Virus record (IMG/VR): IMGVR_UViG_3300046469_000011
Location: 1 to 64,000 of that record
Origin: a virus
Lineage: Duplodnaviria > Caudoviricetes
Reading direction: 5' to 3' (one strand)
Length of the DNA: 64,000 nt
The notes beneath the pieces were generated by a model, which ran no database searches, had not been told where the DNA came from, and worked only from the letters and a program-made list of their open reading frames with translations. The translations under genes and the position numbers were made by a program. This document shows, in pieces, positions 8,682 to 17,354 of the stretch; the stretch's first letter is position 1, and every line of letters begins with the position of its first letter.

Positions 8682-10223
8682 ATGAACGAATGGACGCATG
8701 ACGAGCTTTCTGACGCCGATCTGGAATTTCTGAATCAGATCGAGGAAAGCTTCAACGACTCCGAGCCGGAGGGTCCACCGCCCGAGGAATTCGACGCTGC
8801 TGCGTTCGGCGAGGCTTCCGACGCTGCTGGCGGTGTGGCCCAAGGAGAGTCCGACGAGAAATCTGACGAGCGAGCCGACCGTCCCGAAGAGGGTGGCGAG
8901 AGCGGCGAGTCCGATCAGGTGAACGAGTCGGAAATGGATATCTCCCAGGCCGAAACCGAGCCTCAGCAGGAGTCATCCGACAAGGCCGACGAAAAGGATC
9001 ATCTGGAATCGGGCGACACCGACTCGGAAATTCAAGAGGGCGAAGACGATCTGGAATACGACGATCTGGAAAGCCAGGAGGCACCCAGCGCCGACGCCGA
9101 CAAGGATTTCCAGGGCGATGCTCAGCAGGAGCTTGAGGATCACCTTGAGAATTCCGAGCAGGAGTCCGAGCAGGAGCCGGATCAGCCCCAGACGAGCGAT
9201 CACCTGCCGGATAAAAAGCCGCAATGCCACGACCATTGCGAAGACACCGAGCCGGATGAGGGCGACGAGGTTTGCGAGCGTTGCCAGCAGCGGATCGAGG
9301 AAGAGCGCCAGCAATGGGGAGCTATCGCCAAGGATATGAACGGCGTGGACATTCTCCCCGGCGACAAGCTCATTGTCCGGGTTCCATTTTCATTCATGCA
9401 TGTGGGAGCGGTTCTGACCGCCAACGTGCCGAATCTGGAAATCAACCGGGTGGCCGAGCGCACCAACGGCGAGCGCGACGAGTCGAAGCTGTGGCTGTCG
9501 GGCAAGCAGATCAGCCAATTCACCGGCTGGCATATGGTGGACGATGGGCCGATCTGGGTCTTCGACCAGGGCGCTGAGCTTCATTTCTTGGAGCGCATGG
9601 GTACGCCTCCGCGTGATGGTGCAGGACAGAGGGATATCGAGCAGGAGGTCGAAGAATTCCGCCAGGAAATGGAGGAATACGAGAAGCAGGCCGAGCAGCC
9701 TCAGCCCGATCCCGAGCCGGAGCCAGAGCAGAAAGAGCCGGAAGAACCGAAGCGGATGCGTGTCGGTGATATGGAAGTCGGCGACCTTTTTGCCGTAGAC
9801 GCTCCGGGGGAGTTTGATATCTCGTGGCGCATCACCAAGAAATTTGCCCACATGGTTAGCCATGAAATTCATTGGCGAAGCGACGGTGGAGAAATCGACA
9901 AGCCCGGAACATCCTCAAACGACTTCATGGCTTACAAAGTCGGCCACGTCGATGATGAAGAAAAGGATGAGCCGAAGCCTCCGGAGCCGAAGGAGACTCC
10001 CTCTGACGAGAAGCTGACCAAGGCTCAGCACAACAGGTTCGACAACCTGAACGAGCGGATCACGAGGAAAATTCAAGAGACGTTCGGATCGACCGCCGAG
10101 AAGGTGGAGATTGTCGAGGCCAAGCACACCGAGTCAATGGCGACCGCGATGGTGCAGATCACCAGTCGCGGGGCTGTCTACTCATGCGTAATGTCCGTCA
10201 AGCGTGAAAAGGAGGATTCGTGA
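8682..10223 (+). CDS. large, very acidic, largely disordered hypothetical protein (513 aa)
   Basis: AAAGGAG SD; D/E/Q/S-rich N-terminal 200 aa, Cys/His cluster, PEP linkers. Confidence 0.8.
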   Translation: MNEWTHDELSDADLEFLNQIEESFNDSEPEGPPPEEFDAAAFGEASDAAGGVAQGESDEKSDERADRPEEGGESGESDQVNESEMDISQAETEPQQESSDKADEKDHLESGDTDSEIQEGEDDLEYDDLESQEAPSADADKDFQGDAQQELEDHLENSEQESEQEPDQPQTSDHLPDKKPQCHDHCEDTEPDEGDEVCERCQQRIEEERQQWGAIAKDMNGVDILPGDKLIVRVPFSFMHVGAVLTANVPNLEINRVAERTNGERDESKLWLSGKQISQFTGWHMVDDGPIWVFDQGAELHFLERMGTPPRDGAGQRDIEQEVEEFRQEMEEYEKQAEQPQPDPEPEPEQKEPEEPKRMRVGDMEVGDLFAVDAPGEFDISWRITKKFAHMVSHEIHWRSDGGEIDKPGTSSNDFMAYKVGHVDDEEKDEPKPPEPKETPSDEKLTKAQHNRFDNLNERITRKIQETFGSTAEKVEIVEAKHTESMATAMVQITSRGAVYSCVMSVKREKEDS

Positions 10224-10375
10224 CCGTACAGGAATTGATTGACGCTCTACAGAAGACCGAGAACAAGCAGGCCCCGGTGTTTTTCGATCCGGGGTTCGAT
10301 GATGACGCGGTTTTCACCATCGATGAAGTCGAGTACGACGAAGAGTCGGCGACCCTGTTCATTCTCGGCGAGTAA
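10220..10375 (+). CDS. small acidic protein (51 aa, MTVQELIDALQK...)
   Basis: AGGAGG SD, GTGA overlap; MTVxELIxxL start is common in small phage proteins. Confidence 0.65.
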   Translation: MTVQELIDALQKTENKQAPVFFDPGFDDDAVFTIDEVEYDEESATLFILGE

Positions 10376-10461
10376 AGGAGGCCAGATGCCTGATCTGAAG
10401 GAAGCAAAAATCAATCTCCTGCTCACCGGCCAGGTGCTAGGAGAAAAATTCGAGTCGGCCC

Positions 10462-10490
10462 TTGACTCGGATCGTGCAGCTAGATACGTT
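10462..10490 (+). promoter_or_regulatory. sigma70/sigmaA-type promoter
   Basis: TTGACT-N17-TACGTT. Confidence 0.55.
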
Positions 10491-10607
10491 CTATCTACAG
10501 GTGGGGTTCTAGGCTTGATGCTTGTTGCCTACGCAGTAGGCAGAGCGTTGCTATAGTCCCCCGCCTATGAGCGTAACCGCACGATCCGCAAGGGGGACAT
10601 AATCCCG

Positions 10608-10841
10608 GTGGCTGCCAATGGATATAAAATTCGCAGCTTCACAAACGGACGCTCCAAGACCGGAAACGAATATCGGTCATATTCATTGACGGTCCCTAAC
10701 GAAATCGCAGAGGCCCTCCCTGTCGGCATGACTTTCGTGCCAAAGATGACAGACGAGGGCCTTCTCTATGTCCCAAGCGCAAATTCAACAGTAGAATTAC
10801 CAGCTTGGGCGAAAGACGGAGCGCAAGAATCCGCAGCATGA
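10608..10841 (+). CDS. AbrB/MazE-like DNA-binding protein
   Basis: SYSLTVPNEIAEAL...EGLLYVP swapped-hairpin pattern. Confidence 0.6.
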   Translation: MAANGYKIRSFTNGRSKTGNEYRSYSLTVPNEIAEALPVGMTFVPKMTDEGLLYVPSANSTVELPAWAKDGAQESAA

Positions 10842-10941
10842 GGGAGGGAGAGCGCTCCACCGGGGGAGCGCTTATTCCCTTGACATTCGTGTTATGATCG
10901 TAGATGCGATCACCGCAGTAACTCAAAAGAAAGGAGAAATA

Positions 10942-11958
10942 ATGCTTGAAGTAGATCAAAGGGCGGGTGTGATCGGCGACATTGAGCAGTTCATCACCCG
11001 TTATGTGTTCATGCCTTCAGACGAGGCCACGCTGATTGCGAGCCTCTACGTGATTCACACCTGGGCCACCGAAGCCGCTCAGGCCACGCCGTACATCTAC
11101 ATCCACTCACCGGAGAAGCAGTCTGGCAAGACGCGGCTGCTGGAAATTCTCGGGCTGCTGGTCAAGAATCCGATGCCGTCTGGCTCACTGACCGACGCGG
11201 TGCTGTTCCGGATCATGGACGAGTTCTCGCCCACGCTGCTGCTGGACGAGGTTGACGCCATTTTCCACGGCGCGAAGAACGAGGGGCTGCGTGGGTGTCT
11301 GAACGCCGGTTACAGGCGCTCAGGATTCATCTGGCGCGTCGTCAGGGGCGAGCCGCACCGCTACAAGGTGTTCGGCCCCAAGGTGATGTGCGGGATCAAC
11401 AACGGCAAGCTGCCCGACACGATCAAGGATCGCTGCATCGCCATTCGGATGCGGCGGCGTCCCAAGAACGCGGCCAACGAGGCGTTCTACCCAGACACGA
11501 TCAAGCAGAGCCAGGAGTGGGAAGATCTGACCGCCAAGATAACTCAGTGGGTCGATGAGAACCGCGAGCGCCTCGAAATGCAGAGGCCGGAGCCGATCAC
11601 GGAAATTTCTGACCGCAAGTGGGAGATTTCCGAGTGCTTGGTGGCAATCGCCGAGCTTATGGGACTCGGCGACGAGGCCCGTGATGCGATCATCGCGCTC
11701 TGCCAGGACAACGAGGATGCCGGTGAGCTTGATCCGATGCAGGAGCTTCTGCTCGATATCCGCGAGACATTCGGCGACCGCGACAAGATAATGACGGTCG
11801 ATCTGATGGAAAAGCTGGGCAAGGAGTGGAACGGCAAGCTGCTGTCGAACCAGCTACGGCCCTACGGGATCGCTCCTAAGCTGATCCGGATCGGCAACAC
11901 GACCGGGCGCGGCTACACCAGGGATCAGTTCGAGCCGGTGTGGGAGAGCTACCTGTGA
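10942..11958 (+). CDS. DUF3631-family P-loop protein
   Basis: TPYIYIHSPEKQSGKTRLLE, LLLDEVD, GCLNAGY, LPDTIKDRCI, C-terminal RGY motif. Confidence 0.8.
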   Translation: MLEVDQRAGVIGDIEQFITRYVFMPSDEATLIASLYVIHTWATEAAQATPYIYIHSPEKQSGKTRLLEILGLLVKNPMPSGSLTDAVLFRIMDEFSPTLLLDEVDAIFHGAKNEGLRGCLNAGYRRSGFIWRVVRGEPHRYKVFGPKVMCGINNGKLPDTIKDRCIAIRMRRRPKNAANEAFYPDTIKQSQEWEDLTAKITQWVDENRERLEMQRPEPITEISDRKWEISECLVAIAELMGLGDEARDAIIALCQDNEDAGELDPMQELLLDIRETFGDRDKIMTVDLMEKLGKEWNGKLLSNQLRPYGIAPKLIRIGNTTGRGYTRDQFEPVWESYL

Positions 11959-12188
11959 CCGACGAGCAACAATTCGTAGAGCTTCTCGGAGGGAGCGTAA
12001 ATGCCATCCTCCGAGAAGCCGAAGACAAATTCGATTTCCTGCCTTGGTGGGACGAAGGATGGAGAAACCACCTGCGCGTAGCAATGATCGAAAGCATGTG
12101 GGCGGTTTTCAGAAGCTCCATGCTTGGCGTAATTGCAGGCGTCGAACACGGTGACCGGCTAATCGACACACAACGACCCGACGAGTAG
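11955..12188 (+). CDS. hypothetical protein
   Basis: GTGA overlap. Confidence 0.55.
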   Translation: MTDEQQFVELLGGSVNAILREAEDKFDFLPWWDEGWRNHLRVAMIESMWAVFRSSMLGVIAGVEHGDRLIDTQRPDE

Positions 12189-12331
12189 GAGGAAATTATG
12201 GACACAGTTCGCAAGACGGCCCGTGGGGAGACAGTGATGCCCTACTGGATTTTCAAGCAGTTGCAATTCGAGGCCGTGATGAAGGCGGTCGGCAAGCCCT
12301 ACCCGCGCAAGAAGCGCAAGGGGAAGAAGCG

Positions 12332-12520
12332 ATGAGCGAACATACGAAGCAAAGCAGGGATCGGGTTCTCGCCGCGCTGGACGGACTGACCGACGAGGAA
12401 AAGCAGGACTGGCTGCGGACCCCAAAGCTACGCCTAGAGAGCCGGTCGCCTCTGGAAGCCCTGCGGGATGGGTCCGAACGAGAAGTGCTTGCGCTTGCCG
12501 AGGCTGCGGGAGCCGTCTGA
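12332..12520 (+). CDS. stand-alone MbcA/ParS/Xre antitoxin C-terminal (DUF2384-like) domain protein
   Basis: WLRTPKLRLESRSPLEALRDG..EV matches the W(L)xxPxxxLxGxxPxxxLxxG pattern. Confidence 0.65.
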   Translation: MSEHTKQSRDRVLAALDGLTDEEKQDWLRTPKLRLESRSPLEALRDGSEREVLALAEAAGAV

Positions 12521-12569
12521 TGAAGCTGAGCGAAAGGCGTAACACGTAACACATAGAAAAGGAGAAGCA

Positions 12570-13136
12570 ATGGGAAGCGTAACGGAAGACTTTCTCCGGG
12601 TAAACGGAGAATTCATGGAGCAGCACTTTGAGGGAAAGAGCTTTGCTACCTGGCTACTGGAAAGGGGCAAGCTCTACGAGTGGAAGCCCTTGGAGGATAA
12701 ATCCCTCCTGGGGCGCTCGAAGGAGTGTTTTCAGAACGCCACCTACGCAGCTTTGTGGCGCGATGGAAAATTCACCTACTGTGAGGGATACGCCTTTGCG
12801 GGATTTTTCCCGGTCCAACATGCATGGGTGATCGACAACGAAGACGGCAAGGCTGTTGACGTAACCTGGCAGAGCGGCGGGAAGCTTTGCGGATTCTGTC
12901 TCGGAGACGGGACCATCGAAAAAGAAATCGCTGATTACGAGTTCGAAGAGGAAACCTGCGATTGGTGCAAAGGGAGCGGAGAGCAAGATTATGAGCATCA
13001 CGATCTCACCAATGCAGAATATTTCGGCATCGAGATCGACGACGCGACTCTGAGAAAATGGATTCTAAAACTCAAACACTACGGAATTCTGGAAGAAATG
13101 TTTGCAGAAGAAAGGAGTAAAGTATGTCAACACTAA
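12570..13136 (+). CDS. transglutaminase/papain-like phage protein with inserted CxxCxGxG zinc finger
   Basis: KECFQNA, YCEGYA, HAWV, VDVTW; CGFCLGDG and CDWCKGSG. Confidence 0.6.
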   Translation: MGSVTEDFLRVNGEFMEQHFEGKSFATWLLERGKLYEWKPLEDKSLLGRSKECFQNATYAALWRDGKFTYCEGYAFAGFFPVQHAWVIDNEDGKAVDVTWQSGGKLCGFCLGDGTIEKEIADYEFEEETCDWCKGSGEQDYEHHDLTNAEYFGIEIDDATLRKWILKLKHYGILEEMFAEERSKVCQH

Positions 13137-13420
13137 AAGATGCAATGGATCGCGTGGAGGCGATCCAAAATGAACACGCCGAGAAGATGGATGAAGGCGA
13201 GTTCGGGTACGGCCTAAACGAATAGGGCGCTCAGTGGTTGATGGATTACTTGGGGATCGACCTCAAGGAGTTCCTCGAAACCGCAGACAGGATTCTCAAC
13301 ACGGCCATACTCGCGGTGGTCACCGGAGAGGCCAGGGGCCATCAGGTGATGAAGGGACTGTGGTTTGACGGCTTGATCACGGGGTTCATGCTCCGTGATT
13401 TGCAGGAACGCGCTTCCTAA
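13124..13420 (+). pseudogene. ORF interrupted by an in-frame TAG at 13223-13225
   Basis: AAAGGAG SD + ATG 13124; 33 codons, TAG, then same frame continues through track ORF 13238..13420. Confidence 0.5.
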
Positions 13421-13517
13421 ATCTTCACAGGAAAACCCTTGATCGGGGATCATAATCTGCTAAAACAGTTTATGATCCACCGATCAAGGCAATCCGAAGC
13501 GGGGAAAGGAGGTGTAA

Positions 13518-13703
13518 ATGCCGAAGACCAAGACCCATTCTGATCGTGTCGTGAGTGCGCTGGGCAAGCGTCCTCAGACCGCGACTCAGGTGGCGACTAA
13601 GCTGGGATTCAAGACCCATCAGAGCGTCGCCAAGGCGCTGGGGCAGGCAGTCCAGCAGGGAAAGGCGGTTCGCACCCCAAAGGGCTATCAGAAGGCCCTC
13701 TAA
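13518..13703 (+). CDS. small basic winged-HTH protein
   Basis: AAGGAGG SD; TATQVATKLG...VAKAL...QGKAVR pattern. Confidence 0.7.
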   Translation: MPKTKTHSDRVVSALGKRPQTATQVATKLGFKTHQSVAKALGQAVQQGKAVRTPKGYQKAL

Positions 13704-13744
13704 CAGAAATTCCCTGCAAATCAAAGTAATTTAGGAGGACATCA

Positions 13745-14170
13745 ATGGCAACAGAAGCACCAGAAAAGCCGGTGAAGACCAAGGATCGGGTCGCCGCGCT
13801 GCTCAAGGAAGGACATTCCGCCAAGGAAATTTCCGAGGCTCTCGGAAAGACTCTGGCGACTGTGTACGTCCACATCCGCAACATCGAGAAGGAACAGGGC
13901 AACACCACTCCGCGCAAGCGGGGTCGGCCACCGAAGGTTCAGGCCGATGGTGAATCCAAGCCTGCTTCCCGTCCACGGCCCCCGAGGGCAACGCGCACAG
14001 TCGCGCAGCGTGGCGAGACTCAGAAGGTTCTCGATAAAGCGGCGAGCGGCAATGGGCACAACGCCCACGGCTTTGATCGCTTCCCGCGCATCAAGGAGGC
14101 TATTCACGAAGAGCTTCGTGCGAAGCGCAACGAGGTAGCCGTCCTTGAGAAGATGCTCGAAACGGTCTAA
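13745..14170 (+). CDS. HTH DNA-binding protein with AT-hook
   Basis: GHSAKEISEALGKTLATVYVHIRN HTH followed by RKRGRPPK. Confidence 0.8.
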   Translation: MATEAPEKPVKTKDRVAALLKEGHSAKEISEALGKTLATVYVHIRNIEKEQGNTTPRKRGRPPKVQADGESKPASRPRPPRATRTVAQRGETQKVLDKAASGNGHNAHGFDRFPRIKEAIHEELRAKRNEVAVLEKMLETV

Positions 14171-14211
14171 TCTAGGTCCGCCCCCCAACCGTAAGGATGC
14201 GGTGGCCCCCG

Positions 14212-14248
14212 AGCGAGCCTTCCTGAAATATGGGAGGCTCGCTTTTTT
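14212..14248 (+). terminator. intrinsic terminator
   Basis: GCGAGCCTTCC/GGGAGGCTCGC stem followed by T6. Confidence 0.85.
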
Positions 14249-14263
14249 GGTTGAAAGGAACCC

Positions 14264-14509
14264 ATGAACAGAGCAGATAGCGTCGAGTCCGACGCCAAGA
14301 TTTTCGGTACATCAGGCGAGTGGCCCAAGCGAGGCGAGTCGTTCACCGACTACAGCGGGCGCACTCTGGTCGTTGAAGAAATCCATCGAGGCGATAAACT
14401 TGGGCGGGAAATCCAAGGCAAGGTCGATGGTGAGGACTACGCCACGGATCAAAAGACATGGTTCGCCATCTGGAAAGAACGGCGGCCACCGGCCAAATTC
14501 CGCCACTAG
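14264..14509 (+). CDS. hypothetical protein
   Basis: AAAGGA SD. Confidence 0.65.
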   Translation: MNRADSVESDAKIFGTSGEWPKRGESFTDYSGRTLVVEEIHRGDKLGREIQGKVDGEDYATDQKTWFAIWKERRPPAKFRH

Positions 14510-14517
14510 GAGGAAAG

Positions 14518-14979
14518 ATGGTTCCTAAGCTCACATCACCCTTGGTCAAGGGTGTACGCACCACCGAGGGCATCCTTGTTCTCGTTTTCAACGTGGCGAT
14601 GCTCGTCATCCCAATCATCACCAGCGCTCTCCCGGCCCACCTGGCGGCAGAGTTCGCGATGTTCACCAACGTCGCCTACGCCGTATCCCGAAGCGCCTTG
14701 AAGGCCATTTCTGCACTCTCCCAGCAGACAGGCATCACCCCGAGCCAGATCGGCCCTTCTGAAGCCCAGCTTCAGAATTACGCCGGGGACGCAGATAGCA
14801 TCGTCAAGGAGATTGAGAATACGGTTCAGGCAACCGAGGCGTATCAGAATTCTCCTGGTCAGACTGACCCGGCCAAGGCTGATCACGCTCTGGCCCCTGA
14901 CCCGCCTGCTGAGGGAAGCGGATCGGCCAGCGCAAATCCGTCCTCCATGACGTTCAGCAGCGGGAGCAATAATCCATGA
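14518..14979 (+). CDS. putative holin
   Basis: GGAGG SD; KGVRTTEG followed by two hydrophobic helices and YAVSR; directly upstream of lysin. Confidence 0.6.
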   Translation: MVPKLTSPLVKGVRTTEGILVLVFNVAMLVIPIITSALPAHLAAEFAMFTNVAYAVSRSALKAISALSQQTGITPSQIGPSEAQLQNYAGDADSIVKEIENTVQATEAYQNSPGQTDPAKADHALAPDPPAEGSGSASANPSSMTFSSGSNNP

Positions 14980-15881
14980 GCTTCGGAGTGGATTCTATTT
15001 CCGAAATTCCGATCTGGGTGCATCACGAGATCGGTTCGACGTTTGCGATGAGGTATCTGTCGCATTCGTCTTGGAAAACCGTCACCTCATCCGAATATTC
15101 GGACTACAAGAAGGCCGGTCTTTATTTGGGGCTGGTCTTCGAGGACGGCGCGACGAATGCCCTGCTTGGCTATGACCAAGGCAGGGCTGATGCGGAATTC
15201 GCTCGCCGTCAGGCGGTTGACATCCTGGGTGAGCCGGAGTCCTCGGATTGGACGATTTTTGCTGCGGTCGATTCAGACCCGGCAGGATTCCGAGGGGGAG
15301 CTTCGGCCACCGATGGATATTTCGACGGATGGGCAGCCGTTTTGGGGCGCGAGCATTGCGCTCCCTACGGGGCTTATTCAGTCGTGGTGCATCAACACGG
15401 ACGCGGATTTGCCAAGGGATGGCAGACCGTCGCGTGGTCATATGGAGAAAACGCCCTGGGAAATCAGGCCGTGGTCTACCAATCCTCGATCAATCACACC
15501 GTTGCGGGCCAAGGAGTCGATTTCGACCGCGACACCGAGGAAAAGGGATTTTTCTGGAACGGGAAAAAGCCGGGAATGATCGATCCCTACCACTATGAGC
15601 GTTTCGTGGGTGGCCCCTTCAAAACTCGTTGGGGAGTAATTCACGAGCGTCTCGTGGTGGAATCCTACGATCACCTGAGAAAGCACCCATTCCAGCATCG
15701 GCGGCGGCTGGGGCTTCTGCGCCAGCAGTTGCGCTACCTAGCCAATCGGGTGGCCTATGAGGCGTTCTCAGACGGCGGGAAACGCCGTCCAAGGCGTCCG
15801 GGTAAGTGGAACGCCTATCACCGGGGATGGCGCTACCAGGAGCTTCTGAAGCGCTCAGAAGGGCATCGGATAGCCAAGTGA
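14976..15881 (+). CDS. endolysin, DUF1906/Rv2525c-like glycoside hydrolase
   Basis: GVD, FAMRYLS, LVFE, G..DA..A, IFAAVD, WQTVAWS, VDFD motifs. Confidence 0.8.
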   Translation: MSFGVDSISEIPIWVHHEIGSTFAMRYLSHSSWKTVTSSEYSDYKKAGLYLGLVFEDGATNALLGYDQGRADAEFARRQAVDILGEPESSDWTIFAAVDSDPAGFRGGASATDGYFDGWAAVLGREHCAPYGAYSVVVHQHGRGFAKGWQTVAWSYGENALGNQAVVYQSSINHTVAGQGVDFDRDTEEKGFFWNGKKPGMIDPYHYERFVGGPFKTRWGVIHERLVVESYDHLRKHPFQHRRRLGLLRQQLRYLANRVAYEAFSDGGKRRPRRPGKWNAYHRGWRYQELLKRSEGHRIAK

Positions 15882-16153
15882 TGCTCCGGCGTCGTAACAC
15901 GGACTGGACCCCGACATTCGGGATCGCGATTACGGCGCTCACGGCGTTCTCGGTCTACCTGTCGCTCAAGGTGGACCGGCTGGTGCAGGCAGCATCAGAA
16001 ACTCAAGGAGCGCAAAGAAAAGCCGACGAAGAAGCAGCCAAGGACAGAGAAGATCTTCGTGCCCGATCTGACCGGCGAACCCGGCGAATCGGATGGGCGC
16101 TGACCGTGATGGGACTCGTCATCGCGGCTCTCGGCGTGAAGATCACGACTTGA
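15881..16153 (+). CDS. membrane protein (2 TM + coiled coil), lysis-associated
   Basis: Hydrophobic N- and C-terminal segments; follows lysin. Confidence 0.55.
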   Translation: MLRRRNTDWTPTFGIAITALTAFSVYLSLKVDRLVQAASETQGAQRKADEEAAKDREDLRARSDRRTRRIGWALTVMGLVIAALGVKITT

Positions 16154-16188
16154 TCTGCTAAGATCATTACGCCGGTCGCCTATGGCCG

Positions 16189-16230
16189 CCCCGCTCCCGT
16201 TTGAACGCACATTCGGGAGCGGGGTTTTTT
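16189..16230 (+). terminator. intrinsic terminator
   Basis: CCCCGCTCCCG/CGGGAGCGGGG stem + T6. Confidence 0.85.
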
Positions 16231-16335
16231 CTACAGAAAGGAGGACCGCGAACGCCTGATCAACAAAGTCCGTCTCCGAACGTAAACGAGTAGGAGAAAT
16301 AACGGATATTGCTGACCAAGGACTAGGAGGTTTTC

Positions 16336-16878
16336 TTGAAACGCCTGATTACAGCCAGCGTGGTATCGCTGGTCTTTGTTGTTCCCGCGACTGCCAATGC
16401 CAAACCCGTCAGTCGCCAGCACAGCCGCCAGTACGAGCGTCTGTATAAGCAGGTCGCCCAGAAATTTGGGAAACGTACTCCGGGACGAAATATCGTCAAG
16501 GACGGTACGAGAAAAGGTGCTGCGACTGATGCACAGGTCGTGGCGTCGATTGCTGAATTCGTAAAGTGGCTCACGCCGCCTCCTGTAGTTGCCCCGGCTC
16601 CGGTTTATTCGGCACCGGCAGGCACCTATTCCGCTCCTGTATCGACGAGCTATAGCGGTGGATATTCAATTCCGTCCAGCATCGTGCAATGCGAGTCGGG
16701 CGGAAATTGGAGCGCCGTGAATTCATCGTCAGGAGCAGGCGGGGCCTACCAAATTCTGCCCAGCACTTGGGCGGCATACGGTGGGACCGGCTCGCCGCAA
16801 GATGCGTCACCGGCTGAGCAGTCAGCTATCGCGTCAAGGATTTGGGCCAGCCAGGGGGCTAGCGCCTGGGTCTGCTGA
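16336..16878 (+). CDS. secreted Rpf-like (resuscitation-promoting factor) lytic transglycosylase
   Basis: Signal peptide ending ANA; IVQCESGGNW, GAGGAYQILPSTW, ASPAEQ, QGASAW. Confidence 0.85.
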   Translation: MKRLITASVVSLVFVVPATANAKPVSRQHSRQYERLYKQVAQKFGKRTPGRNIVKDGTRKGAATDAQVVASIAEFVKWLTPPPVVAPAPVYSAPAGTYSAPVSTSYSGGYSIPSSIVQCESGGNWSAVNSSSGAGGAYQILPSTWAAYGGTGSPQDASPAEQSAIASRIWASQGASAWVC

Positions 16879-16881
16879 CAT

Positions 16882-16953
16882 AAAAATACCCGCCTCCCGA
16901 ATAGCCCGTGACATAATCTAATAACAAATTGGGCTATTCGGGTCGGGCGGGTA
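16882..16953. terminator. long inverted repeat, probably bidirectional terminator between convergent blocks
   Basis: TACCCGCC-T-CCCGAATAGCCC / GGGCTATTCGGG-TC-GGGCGGGTA; A5 on the left gives a U tract on the - strand. Confidence 0.8.
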
Positions 16954-17033
16954 AGTTCGGTGCGCCTCCCGGCTTCAACTACGGACCTTTAGGCCATCTA
17001 CGCTAAGCCAGGTCGAGCGTCCCAAATCTAAGC

Positions 17034-17354
17034 TCAAGTAAAAGTAGTTGGGGTAACATTTTGCACTCCTTTCGTCGTGACCAGCTTACCATCCGGGAGT
17101 GCGCCCTGTCCAACAGCCTGGTAATCCCCGGCTAGCGTGGCTTCGACCACCACCGAGTAATTCCCCACGGACTCCTTTTCGACTTCCTGGGCCGCGTAGG
17201 TGTAGGTGGTCACGGTGCCAGCCGGGTCCTCGACGCTGATCTGAATTCCCGAGGCCGGATCGAAGGGATTGTTGTTGTCGTCCAAGAAGACGACCGTGAT
17301 CTTCATCGGCGAGTTCTGGAAAATTTGTAGGGGAGGGGTTAGGTAGGACATCAC
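17034..17354 (-). CDS. small beta-rich virion/fibre-associated protein
   Basis: Overlaps the end of the giant gene; F.D...P.DP...GNY pattern. Confidence 0.65.
   Translation of the reverse strand: MMSYLTPPLQIFQNSPMKITVVFLDDNNNPFDPASGIQISVEDPAGTVTTYTYAAQEVEKESVGNYSVVVEATLAGDYQAVGQGALPDGKLVTTKGVQNVTPTTFT

Noticed and set aside
10239-10556. 105-aa track ORF
   Set aside because: Its 5' half overlaps the better-supported 10220..10375 gene in another frame; only the 3' part might be real.
10880-10910. Promoter at TTGACA 10880
   Set aside because: No acceptable -10 hexamer at 16-18-nt spacing.
16955-17030. tRNA or tmRNA in the convergent gap
   Set aside because: Forms one long imperfect hairpin on the - strand; no cloverleaf, T-loop or CCA.
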